From the NCBI GenBank assembly GCA_012026655.1, contig JAAILG010000012.1:1-64000 (forward strand): a stretch of 64,000 nt of DNA, read 5' to 3'. This stretch comes from Hydrolagus affinis (Eukaryota). Both the position numbers and the translations under genes were made by a program. Shown here piece after piece: positions 1 through 10,774 of this stretch; position 1 is the first letter of the stretch, and every line of letters begins with the position of its first letter. The notes under the pieces were generated by a model. That model was not told where the DNA came from and did no database searches. It saw only the letters and a program-made list of their open reading frames with translations.

Positions 1-205
1 CCAGGCAGCCACCTTACCCCCCGCCCCCCCCCCCCGCCCCTGACACCCACCTGAACAGCAGCCCCTGTGTGTCTCCCTGTGTCTCTCTGTGTCTCCCCGC
101 GTGTCCCTGTCCCTGGCGGTTGGTGGGTCGGGGCTGTGCGCAGGCGCGGCCGGTTTTGAACCATTCCATACCGGAGCCGGCGGTTAGTCTCGAGCCCCCG
201 GGGTG
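1..205 (-). promoter_or_regulatory. GC/CpG-rich promoter-like region and candidate non-coding first exon of a minus-strand gene running off the window
   Basis: CpG-rich stretch. NRF1-like TGCGCAGGCGC at 137-147. GC-box-like CCCCGCCCC at about 20-40. Minus-strand donor-like CAG|GTGGGT at 51/50. Confidence 0.4.
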
Positions 206-560
206 GGGGACAGAGACAGAGAGAGAGAGAGACACACAGAGAGACACAGAGCGAGAGAGAGAGAGGGGGGGTGGACACAGACAGGGAGACGAGAGGGGCA
301 ACAGAGAGACACACACACGCACGGGGACACACACTATCAAACAGAGACAGACAAACAGACGCAGGCAGGTAGACACAGACACGGACAGGTAGACACAGGC
401 AGAGAGACACAGACAGACAGATAGACAGAGACACACACAGACAGATACACACACACAGACAGGCAGAGACACACAGTGAGATAGACACAGAGACTGACAG
501 ACACACAGAGAGACAGACACACACACACAGGGGGGTGGTGGGGGGGGGTGTGGGGGGTGT
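206..560. repeat. Compound GA/CA-rich microsatellite and low-complexity tract
   Basis: Runs of gagacacacaga, gacagaca and gagaga, then a G-rich run. It generates the spurious long ORFs at the window start. Confidence 0.9.
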
Positions 561-767
561 AGGGCAGGGAGGGGGAGATCCCTGAGTTGTGGCAGTGGAT
601 GCTCTCGACAACAACAACGACGACGACGACGACGACGACAACAACTTGCATTTGTACAGCATTTGGTGAAACGAAGCCCCTCACGGCATTCGTCGACAGG
701 TCCAAATATCCAAGGGGTTTCACAGCCTGCACTGACCCTACAGCTCAGCGACCGTGTAATCGTAACA

Positions 768-1140
768 CTATAATAATAATAATAATAACGTAAAATGATC
801 CTCTCATTTTGACACAGCGCCTTGTCACATCTTCTGGACGTCTCAAAGCGTCTCACAGAACACGCGCAGCACCGTACTGCACCGTACTGCACCGTACTGC
901 AACGCGGCAGCCGATTGCGCGCGGCAGCGTCCCACAAACGGTCGTGGATCGAGTGACCGAATTCTTATTTTTTTTTTTTGGGTGGGTGGGGGGGTAGGTG
1001 GGGACGGATTGTGATCACGGGCGCGTGCGTGGAGCGAGGAAACTTTGCCCGAGGTTGCGCCCCCGGCCCGCCGGGAATTGAACCCAGGGTCCCTCGCTTG
1101 TGAGACGAGCGCTCTCACCGCTGAGCTGCAGGACGCCGCA
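768..1140 (-). mobile_element. SINE copy (dominant family), GC-shifted, with an internal 10-bp tandem repeat (GCACCGTACT)x3
   Basis: Collinear with the family consensus from the (AAT)n tail to the tRNA-like head. Confidence 0.85.
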
Positions 1141-1455
1141 ATCTCCCTGATGTGAAACCATTTGATACCGTGTTAAGTTTGAATTTTCTGGACTATCAGC
1201 GCGTAAGAAAAGTTCCAAGCTTTGGAAATGAGTGCATTAGTGAATACGCTGTGGTTAAAGAGGACGGGACGCACTAATGATTTACAATCGATAATGAAAA
1301 AGCTGCATCTCGTGTACAATGCTGGAGTAATTTGCAGGACTGAAGGACTCCGCGCACTCTTGCGAATTCTACTACATTTCATCAGGAATTTCAACAGCAA
1401 GGCGTGAGCATCAATCACAAATTAAACCTTTTTAAACTTGAATCAAAGCAACTTG

Positions 1456-2029
1456 CAAGAACATCTCCAAAATTCGCCTGTTTTTAGTTCCTTTTAAAAC
1501 AATTATGTGGAGGCTGCGAGAGCTTTCCAAAAGCTCTCATAGAAATATAAAATCTTTTGCCTGTTGCGATTTAACGTACCACAAACGTTCCGGGCTACCT
1601 TTCCAAGAAGATCTCACATCTACAGGGCAGGTGTATGTGATTGAATTTCCAATAGAGTGAACAACCTACAATGTGGTGTCTGTATAGCTTTCTGAACAAA
1701 ATCTGGTCCTAAACAACTGTCGGAACCTGTCCTTTATAGTAGGGTAAGTAACATTGGACAACATTTGTACTGCATAACATGTCCCACTGAAATGTTGTGG
1801 GAAGGCAACTTCAAAGTGTCTTTCTTCCTCTGAGAAAACTGCACCGCCTCTGGGACACAAAGACTGATCCTCATCAATCCAACTCCAGAGAGTGAGAGAA
1901 AGTTTGTGGTACGTTGAATCGCAACAGGCAACAGATTTTTTATGTTTTTATTCTTTTGGAAAGCTCTCGCAAACTCCACGTGATTGTTTTGAAAGGAACT
2001 GAAACAAGGCGCATTTCAAGACGTTCTTG
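1456..2029. repeat. Long imperfect inverted repeat (arms ~1456-1586 and ~1902-2029), probably a non-autonomous DNA transposon or foldback element
   Basis: tgcgagagctttccaaaag and ttgcctgttgcgatttaacgtaccacaaac are mirrored by gtttgtggtacgttgaatcgcaacaggcaa and cttttggaaagctctcgca. Confidence 0.75.
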
Positions 2030-2076
2030 TGGATTGTTGGAATTAACGCCTGAAAACTGGAAGTCAAAAGTATCCG

Positions 2077-2204
2077 NNNNNNNNNNNNNNNNNNNNNNNN
2101 NNNNNNNNNNNNNNNNNNNNNNNNNNNNNNNNNNNNNNNNNNNNNNNNNNNNNNNNNNNNNNNNNNNNNNNNNNNNNNNNNNNNNNNNNNNNNNNNNNNN
2201 NNNN
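2077..2204. other. Assembly gap (N run)
   Basis: Run of N. Confidence 1.
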
Positions 2205-3764
2205 AAATCCACAAGAACAGCTACAAACACCATAACATTATTAAATATATATAATATATATAATGTATAATACATATACATAATAAATATATATAATTCA
2301 GACAGGACATCAAATAGACTGCAAAGTGAATTGACTATATATAATCAATATATCATAATACGCCATGGCAGCCTAATGGCATTACTCCCTTGTCTGGCTA
2401 TATTTACATTGTATCCAACAGTGTATCCCTTGTTGCTGGAGAAGTTTAGAGTTTTCACTGAGCTGCATGTGTTTCCGAAGCTTCTTCAATGCCATTAAAG
2501 TAAACCAAAAAAAGCAAAACTATTTCCCCTTCAGCCATGCAGGGGCAGAGCTTCCAATAACATAGTATAATACAGTCTAATATAACATGTTAATATTTTA
2601 ACACATTATATCCCCGCCGTGTACCACAAGCAACAATACAATAGTAACTTGATGTTGTTTCAGTGTGTGTCTGTCTTGGCAAAACTTACGATTTTAATGT
2701 GATGCAAACAATTTCTTGATCAGCATTTTTTTGGTAGGGAGGTGGAGGAGTACAAATTCTGGTTATATTTATTGCTGGTATACCTTATAACTGAACTCCA
2801 TTTTAATCAAAATATAATGAAAATGCTCCCAAAATTCATGCCCTTTTCAAACCTAGAACAAACAAACGAAAGCCCAGCCTTAAATATATGACTTCAATAC
2901 TTCATCACAGCATAATTATTATTTTTACTTTGCTGATTCTTATTTTATATTTATTTTATTTTATATGCAAACCCCCATAATAATATGAATTGACGATAAA
3001 TGGCACATTATTATAGCAGATGAGTAATCCAGCAATGTTATTTGAACAGTCACATCATATACTGTATACTGGATGGAGAAGCCACAATGCAAATTTCCTT
3101 CCCTTATTTTGATTAACTCAACAACAACAACAAAAAACTAAATGTAGCCTTGTAATGTTATTTATTTACACGTATAGCACCAGAGTGTGGGATTCGAACA
3201 ATTATATTGTTCGGAGTCTGGATTATTTTAGTGGAAAAAAATAAGAGAAATAAAACTAAATATATTTGGGTGTTGAAACATGGTTGAAAGTCCTACAGAT
3301 TGTTAAACTACAAGCAATATTCAGAAAGTCCCATTAATGAACTACAAAGACATTTCTCATGAAAAGCATAGATTTAAATACTCAGTGTTAGTGGCAAAAC
3401 ACCACTTTTTGTCAAACGTATCGTCAGTCAGGGTGAAATGTAGGTGTTTTGGATTAATGGTAAAAATATTTTGTTAACAATCTGAATAAACTTAAATAAC
3501 AAACTCTATTTAAAAAAAACAGAGGTTTAAAAAAAACTACATGATGAACTTGTTTGTTCAGGATAGTGCATGTGTTACAAATCTTCATATTGGTGAGAAT
3601 ATATTTTTGTGTAATACTCCAGAACCGACAGTGTTCAATAAGGACAACTAAATTTAAATTAAACTTCCTTTGAATGAAACCTGTAGCTAAAATTTAAGGA
3701 GTCTGCCTTTCAGGTCATATTGGATTGAAATGCTCTCTTTCCTAAGGGAATGAGTAAGTGATGG

Positions 3765-3820
3765 AGTGAGAGTAAGTGAGTGATGAGTGAATAAGTGAGT
3801 GAGTGAGTGAGTGACTGAGT
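3765..3820. repeat. (GAGT)n microsatellite
   Basis: gagtgagtgagt arrays, followed by a SINE tail fragment. Confidence 0.8.
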
Positions 3821-6811
3821 AATGCTTTTCATGTATTCTAGACATCTCAAAGCGCTTCACAGAATAGACTGTAAAGTGAATTGACTGTACATTTGTGAGT
3901 GAGGGAGTGATTGAGTGAGTGCCAGTTGAACATTGCGAATCAGTAACATTTCCAAGAACTGTTCAAAGGCTAACTTTTCAACTTTTCTTCAGTTAGCGGG
4001 CAGCACCATGTAAACTGACCCGATAAGATTTAACCAACTGATATCATGCTATTCATCTGTCAATTCTGATGATATGGCGGAATTAAGCAGGAAAATGCGT
4101 GAGAAGAAGGGCCATTAAGTGGAAGCTACCGTGTAAAGTTAATACCAAGTTTATTTCACTCTGCTTTCACATAGAGATCAGACGTTTATTTTATGATCGC
4201 ACACGCTTTTCATAATAACATAATAATAATTGCATTTTAAAAATTTCTTTTGCATTTCTAAATACAGTCTATTTGATCAGCTAGTATCATGTAAACCCCA
4301 CACTGCTTGGTGGCATCTTGGTAGTAAAATATTATGGGTATAGAATCTCCTACTCTAAATGGATAGCTGTTATAATAACAACATTACTGAAAATAATATT
4401 CCTTGCACTTGCCATAGTGCTTTTCACTTCTTTTAGATGTCTCAAAGGGCTTCACGGTAAAGTGAATTGACTATTTTGTGGGCAAAACGCGGCAACTGAA
4501 AGTTTTAAAATAATAAATAATAATATTTAATAATTCCTTTTCACACTTCCTCCCTCCCCCTCCCCCTTCCCCCCAACACAACACTTCTCTCTGGTTTGAG
4601 AACTGTATCTCAAAACCCAATAGTAACAGTTCTTCAATAGTAACAAGCATGTTAGCTTAAACATGTCTCGAATGACTCTTCCAATTAATGGATGGACTTG
4701 ACTGAGAAGCCTTTGAAAAAAGGAACAATAAAAACCCTCCATTGAAATTGAAATGCAAATTCACAACCTTGCAAAATAGGAGCGGATTCTGTTTGCTACA
4801 GGAGCTTGAATAGGCAGAGGGTCGAATGAGAAATTAGCCAATCGCTCGTACCCACATTACCTTAAACCTTAATCATTGGTTGTGGACCGAAACAACTAAT
4901 AAATAAATCAATGATTTGAAGACCTTTCTTTCATTTAGTCGATTTGGTCCTGAAGGTTTTGGATAAATGCTACAGAAAAAGTTACATAAGGTATGCCAGT
5001 AAAATACAGTTGTGCATTATCGCTCATGATTGAAATTGTCATTAACATTGAAGGAATATTTGTCTATTGCATATTTTTCTATCCCCTCCCACCCCTAATA
5101 TTATACTATAAAGTTATTATATGGAGCATAATAATAGTTTAAAATTGCACTAATTGATTGCTTTTCAGGATGTATTGTAAACTTTTTAAAAACAACGAAA
5201 TTGGTCTAATTATTGCTCGCTGGATACATGTTTGCAAGCGCTGCCTTGATGCAGGTACGATGGGGTGGGTAAGTTTTTGATACAAGTTTTAAACAAGGCT
5301 CTCTTATCTCTGCAACTTTATACACCAACCCAATGGTGCATTGGCATCAGGTCTGTTTTTCTTTTCATTCCTGTCTGTATTGGTGATTAACAAAAAGGAA
5401 GCCAATTAAAAAAGAGTTAGATTTTACAGAACTTTGTACTGGCTTAATCCAGCGATGCTTCCAATTAATCGTAACCTGTTACAGTTCTCCTCATTCCTCC
5501 AATATAGATGCTATTGGCCGTGATGAAAACACTGCGAAGGGAACCTCTTATTTGTCTAACTTGCTGAGGAACGTGAGCCGTTTCCATTTGAGTCAAATTT
5601 TACTTTATCGATGCCAATGCAGATGCCATTTCGCCTTTTGCCCTTAAAAGTTTTTTCTCCCACCCCCTTCGGAGAACTTTGAAAACTACTCGGAAGCGAG
5701 TGTGAAGCATTCATAAAAATCTCTATTGCTGCTGTAAAAACCAATTGAATATTCTATTTCAGTGGCTTTGCAGAAGCAGTGGAGCGCCAAGTTGCAGAAT
5801 CCTTGGGTTACAATTTAGTAATGAAGACGCCTTGTGAAACTTGTTGGTTTTTCGTTTCCCAGGTGGACTTAAAAGCGTCCCTTTGTGACGAGAATGCAAT
5901 GTTACATTAACATGGGCAAACAGTACTAGTGAGGCTGCAAGCACAATGGTTCTGTTTATAGCCGGCTTTACGGGTTCCAAGACCAGGAACCTGAGATGTT
6001 CCTGTTTAGAATTATTTCCAAAGTTCATCTCTTCCAGCCACGTTGACCCGAAACCCATAATAGGTCAAATGGCAAAGATTTGGTCCGTCCGTTTGTGAAG
6101 GAATAATAATAATAATAATTGCGTTTGGTAGAGCATGTCTCTTTGAGATGTCTCAAAGTGCCTCACAGAATGTATAATGGTAAATAATAATAACTGTTGC
6201 CTTTGAAATAGTGCTTATCATGACTTCTAGACGTCTCAAAGCGCTTCACAGAATATACTGTAAAGTGAATTGACTGTATATTTGTGGGAGAAACACGGCG
6301 GTCAATTACTGCCAAGTAATTTTGCCTTGAAAATGACATCTTACCTGCTGCCCATTTTTTTTCTTGGCATTCAATTGAATAGAACTCTTGTCACGAGTGT
6401 TTTGACACAAGCTTCGAGGCTTTTTTTTGCAAATGATTTGGCAAACAGTCTTGAGGTTACTGACGATGATTAAGAGCTCTTTCAAATGACTCCAGAAATG
6501 TACTTGTGGAGGCTTCTTCTCATCAACTGATCATTACTGTCCTTTTCTCCCCACCATGAATTACAACAACAACAACTTGCATGTAAAATAGTGACCCTCC
6601 CACAAGATAGCCTTTGGTGCATTTGATATCTATATTGCTGACGATGACTGCAGTTTTTATAAGTTGAATTACTCTAGCTGAATATGAAATTCTTTTTATG
6701 ACAGATGTATTCTCAACCATACAATTTCTAGTTCGGTCACTGAAGTTTTTTTTATATTCCTAGGCTAAGGTACAATTGTGATGCTGCCTAGTTTCTTTCA
6801 TTGTTCTGTAA

Positions 6812-7130
6812 CTGTAGCTCAGTGGTTAGAGCACTCGCCTTATAAGCATGAGACCTGTGTTCGAATCCAGGCGGGTCAGGGCGAAACCTTGGGCAAGTTT
6901 CTTTACTCCACACGCCTAATAATAATTTGTCAAAAAAAAATAATAAAAATTGGTGATTTCAATCCACACCTGTTTGTGGGACACTGCTGAGCACAATTGG
7001 CTGCTGTGTTTTGCCCACAAATATACAATCAATTCACTTTACAGTATATTCTGTGAAGCGCTTTGAGACGTCGATCAGATGTGAAAACTGCTACATCAAA
7101 TGTAAGGATTATTATTCTTATTCTTATTAT
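6812..7130 (+). mobile_element. Near full-length tRNA-derived SINE (dominant family)
   Basis: A box TAGCTCAGTGG, B box GTTCGAATCC, ACCTTGGGCAAGTT block, Deu-like CAATTGGCTGC, tail GAAGCGCTTTGAGACG...AAGGATTATTA. Confidence 0.9.
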
Positions 7131-8406
7131 TTTGGTGTCAGCTTGGCTTGTCAGTTGGAAATAGTCATGTTTGGGTTAAAGGTTTTATGTAGAAGTCCCA
7201 CATCACACAAGAAGGGACTTTCTCTTCCGTGGCCAACAGCCCTCCCGATTTATTGATTATCAACCTGTAGGTTTGTGTTTGTAGAACTTTGTTGTGTTGT
7301 CACAATGGCTGCTGGACTTGCGTACAAGAAACAAGTCAATGTATACGACGGTATTTATTGTGAAGAGCTTTTAGGAAGTTGTCATTTACAAGCACTATAA
7401 AAACGGAAGTTCTAAAATTATTGGATGATAATTCACAATGGATTTATTCCGATGGACTCTTGGAGGCTGTATCACACAAATGCTGCACTCAAATACGGAT
7501 TTGAATCCTAGCCTATAAACATACGGTCCACATTTGTACAGACTTAAAATGGCTTATTTTGATTTCACGCTGAAACTTTATAAAAGTAGGATTAGCCGAA
7601 TAAATTATTGTAAGCATGTCTGGAGCATATTACAAATATACGGATTAGTCGCTTATATTTGGAATGTTAATAAGCTTCTTCCAAAAAGAAGACCTGAAAT
7701 ATTAATGAGTGCTTATTGCAATTCCCAAATACGTTGGTCATGCTTTTACTATCTTTACAATGTTCATGTCTATTTAAGTAGAGCTCTAAATAAACTATTC
7801 TGTTTAAGCAAACCCACCGAACATAAAAGCCAATTTAGAAACTATTGCTTGAGACTCCTGCTGTACAGTTCTGTGTCAAGATGGCAACTCAGATTGAATT
7901 TGACAATCACTGTTCATTTGGAAGTCTGCCTACCACTGTTTCGAATGCTTTGCAACTTAATATGCACAGTTAAAATAAATATTTTGTTGATTGCTGGTCT
8001 GTCACGATAATAATGCAGGCATATTCCACTTTGAAAAACCAAAGTGACATGTATTATTTAAATGTGAAGGCACACATTCACACTGTTATTTTTGAAGTGA
8101 GCGGGTTACTGGGAGGCAAAATTATACCCTTGTCACAAATGATAATGTTGCAGTTAAAATGTGATTCATGTAACCTTTTAGTTGTTCAAAATAAATTAGT
8201 ATTCCTGATTCTCTGTGTATTGTGCTCGACTGTAGTAACTGCTGTGCGAAACTGAAAACTAATACCTAATGAGGCATTCAGTGAAACAATTTACTGTTAT
8301 TCTTATCACTTAAGCAATCTGTCCTTTGGATGAATTCTTGTGCAATGTCAGTTACTCCAACCATCTGTGCTTGGAAACTACCACTCTTGATGATGTGTAC
8401 ATACAA

Positions 8407-8732
8407 TAATAATAATAATAATCATCCTTGCATTTTGATATAGCACTTTTCATGTCTTCTAGGCGTCTCAAAGTGCTTCACAGAATATACTGCAAAGTGA
8501 ATTGACTGTATATTTGTGGGCAAAACGCGGCAGCCAATTCCGCACAGCAATGTCCCCACAAACAGTTGTGGATTGAAATAACCAATTTATTATAGGTTTC
8601 TTTTTGGACGGATTATTATCAGACGTGTGGTAAGGAAACTCACTCAAGGTTTCACCCTGACTTGCCTGGATTCGAAACACAGCTCTCACGCTTGAAAGGC
8701 AAGTGCTCTAACCACTGAGCAACAGGACTCCA
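8407..8732 (-). mobile_element. Full-length SINE about 110 bp upstream of the otol1 first coding exon
   Basis: Reverse complement of the family consensus, from the (AAT)n tail to the ...AGGACTCCA head. Confidence 0.9.
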
Positions 8733-8852
8733 CATATTGATGGGAAAATCTCTTTTTAAAATCATACCATTATATAAAAAAAACCCTCCAATATGGTACA
8801 AGATTTGGATGCATTGTAAATCATTAACTTGTGCTATTTTTCAGGTGCGAAA

Positions 8853-9222
8853 ATGTTTCTCCTCCCATGGCACACAAAGCTCCTGCTGCTGTTTGTCTGC
8901 ATATCACAAATAACTGCGAAAACCGTGTCGCCAAATCATGATTTCAAGAAAATCCCAGATGATGGTCACTCCGGGACTCCATTTCCAACGGCTACTGAAC
9001 CTGCAGAAGAACTTGGCACCGACAATGCAGATCTTTCGTCTGAAAGCTCCACGTTGAAGTCAACGTCTCTGCGTTTTTTCGACACTTTTCCAACCCTGTC
9101 CCCTTTTGAAGAGAATGAAGAAAACTTCACTCTCGATTCAAACGAGTTGTTTTTTAACTGTTGTGATTGCTGCCCGCCTGTACCCGGACCGAAAGGTGCG
9201 CCAGGGATGAGAGGCCAAGCAG
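8853..9222 (+). CDS. otol1: Otolin-1 coding exon 1: signal peptide, acidic Ser/Thr-rich N-terminus, FFNCCDCC motif, start of collagen domain
   Basis: ATG at 8853, preceded by the acceptor ttttcag|G at 8844/8845. Hydrophobic leader [22 protein letters not shown]. The CCDCC motif followed by [13 protein letters not shown] is typical of otolin. Phase-1 donor G|gtacag at 9222/9223. Confidence 0.93.
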
Positions 9223-9331
9223 GTACAGCTTGATACACTAGTAATAAAACACTGTAATCCATACTTTATCAGTTTCAGAATATTTTAACTAAGAATATTT
9301 TAGTTGTGCTTCACCCACAGATATAATAACA

Positions 9332-9521
9332 TAATAATAATCCTTGCATTCGATATAACGCCTTTCACGTCTCCTATATGTCTCAAAGCGCTTCACAGAA
9401 TATACCGTAAAGTGAATTGACTGTACATTTGTGGGCTTTACAATATATTCTGTGAAGTGCTTTGAGACGCCTAGAAGACATGAAAAGTGCTGCACTAAAT
9501 GCAAGGATTCTTATTCTTATT
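9332..9521. mobile_element. Two SINE 3' fragments fused in inverted orientation, in otol1 intron 1
   Basis: Minus-strand tail ~9332-9435 directly joined to plus-strand tail ~9436-9521. Confidence 0.85.
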
Positions 9522-9672
9522 GTGATTGAAATGTTGTTGTGATTGAAATCCTTCAAGTTATTCTGAATCAAGGAAGCGATCGCTAGAAATTTGATCCAAA
9601 GAGACTTTAGCGTTCTTTCCTTTTATAGATGAAGTTTTAAGGAATTACTCCCAATTTCCATTTTTATTACAG

Positions 9673-9762
9673 GGTCCAGAGGTGACAAAGGTGAACAGGG
9701 GATAAGAGGTCCACCAGGGATTGCAGGACCCATTGGTCTTAAAGGCACCACAGCAGAAAGAG
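9673..9762 (+). CDS. otol1: Otolin-1 coding exon 2 (90 nt, Gly-X-Y: GSRGDKGEQGIRGPPGIAGPIGLKGTTAERG)
   Basis: Acceptor tttttattacag|, donor G|gtagac. Phase 1-1, length a multiple of 9, Gly-X-Y in frame with exon 1. Confidence 0.92.
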
Positions 9763-9777
9763 GTAGACAGTTGATAT

Positions 9778-10100
9778 TTATAATAATAATAATACTAATA
9801 ATCTTTGCATTTGATATAGCGCTTTCTAGACATCTCACAGCACTTCACAGAATATACTGTAAAGTGAACTGATTATATATTTGTGGGTGAAACGCGGCAG
9901 CCAATTGCGCACAGCAGCGTCCCCACAAACAGTCGTGGATTGAAATGACCAATGTAAAAACATTTTTTTTAGGAGAGATTATTATTAGGCATGTGGAGTA
10001 AGGAAACTTGCCCAAGGTTTCGCCCTGACCTGCCTGGATTTGAACACAGGTCTCACGCTTGTAAGGTGAGTGCTCTAACCACTGAGCTACAGGACTCCAC
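9778..10100 (-). mobile_element. Full-length SINE in otol1 intron 2, starting about 15 nt after the exon 2 donor
   Basis: Matches the family consensus over its full length. Confidence 0.9.
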
Positions 10101-10139
10101 AGTTTCCCAGTTATTTCATATCAATTCAAGCACAGTGCA

Positions 10140-10375
10140 AATTAAAGGTCCTTTCTTCTTGCTCCCTCCCTTGCCTCCTTCAAGGCTGGTCTCAAGACAA
10201 TCCTCTTCGATAGTGCCCTCCCAACTCTCTCCTTCCGCTCCTAACTCTCTCCCTTCCCTCCCACCTATCCTGCCCCTCTCCCTTGCTTGGGTCCCGACCT
10301 GACTGTTCAGCGCCTTGGGACGTCCTCCCAACATGAAAGGTGCTCTATAAATGTAATTTTGTTGTTGTTGTTGTT
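10140..10375 (+). mobile_element. L2-like LINE 3' end fragment
   Basis: Pyrimidine-rich 3' UTR, then GCGCCTTGGGACGTCCTCC...TGAAAGGTGCTCTATAAATGTAA and a (TTG)n tail. Confidence 0.7.
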
Positions 10376-10636
10376 TTAAAGGGCGAAAACAATGAATGTT
10401 TGATAGTAGCATAAATCTCTTCCGTACAATATCTTTCCGTTGTGCAACTTTCTCATATGCTCCATTTTATTCTGTCACATGCTTCAAGACATCTCTTAAA
10501 GCTCTACATCAAATGCAAAGATTATTATCATATTATTATTTTGTAAATGGTGGGGGGGTGCGGGTGAGGGGAAAACTTGCTACAGAGAATGTCAAACGTT
10601 TTGAAACTTAATGTGTTGATTTTGAAACACTTTTAA

Positions 10637-10774
<138 letters not shown>

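Noticed and set aside
14-937. 307-aa ORF and overlapping ORFs at the window start
   Set aside because: They are translations of GA/CA microsatellite, (CGA)n and SINE sequence; low complexity with no domain.
6812-6885. tRNA-like sequences with A and B boxes (many copies)
   Set aside because: They are SINE heads: no intact acceptor stem, divergent copies, and almost always joined to the SINE body.
7011-7256. Recurring peptides such as [17 protein letters not shown] and PVAQWLEHSPYK in many short ORFs
   Set aside because: Translations of SINE copies, not a gene family.
7534-8010. 158-aa ORF upstream of otol1
   Set aside because: Non-ATG start, AT-rich intergenic composition and no protein features.
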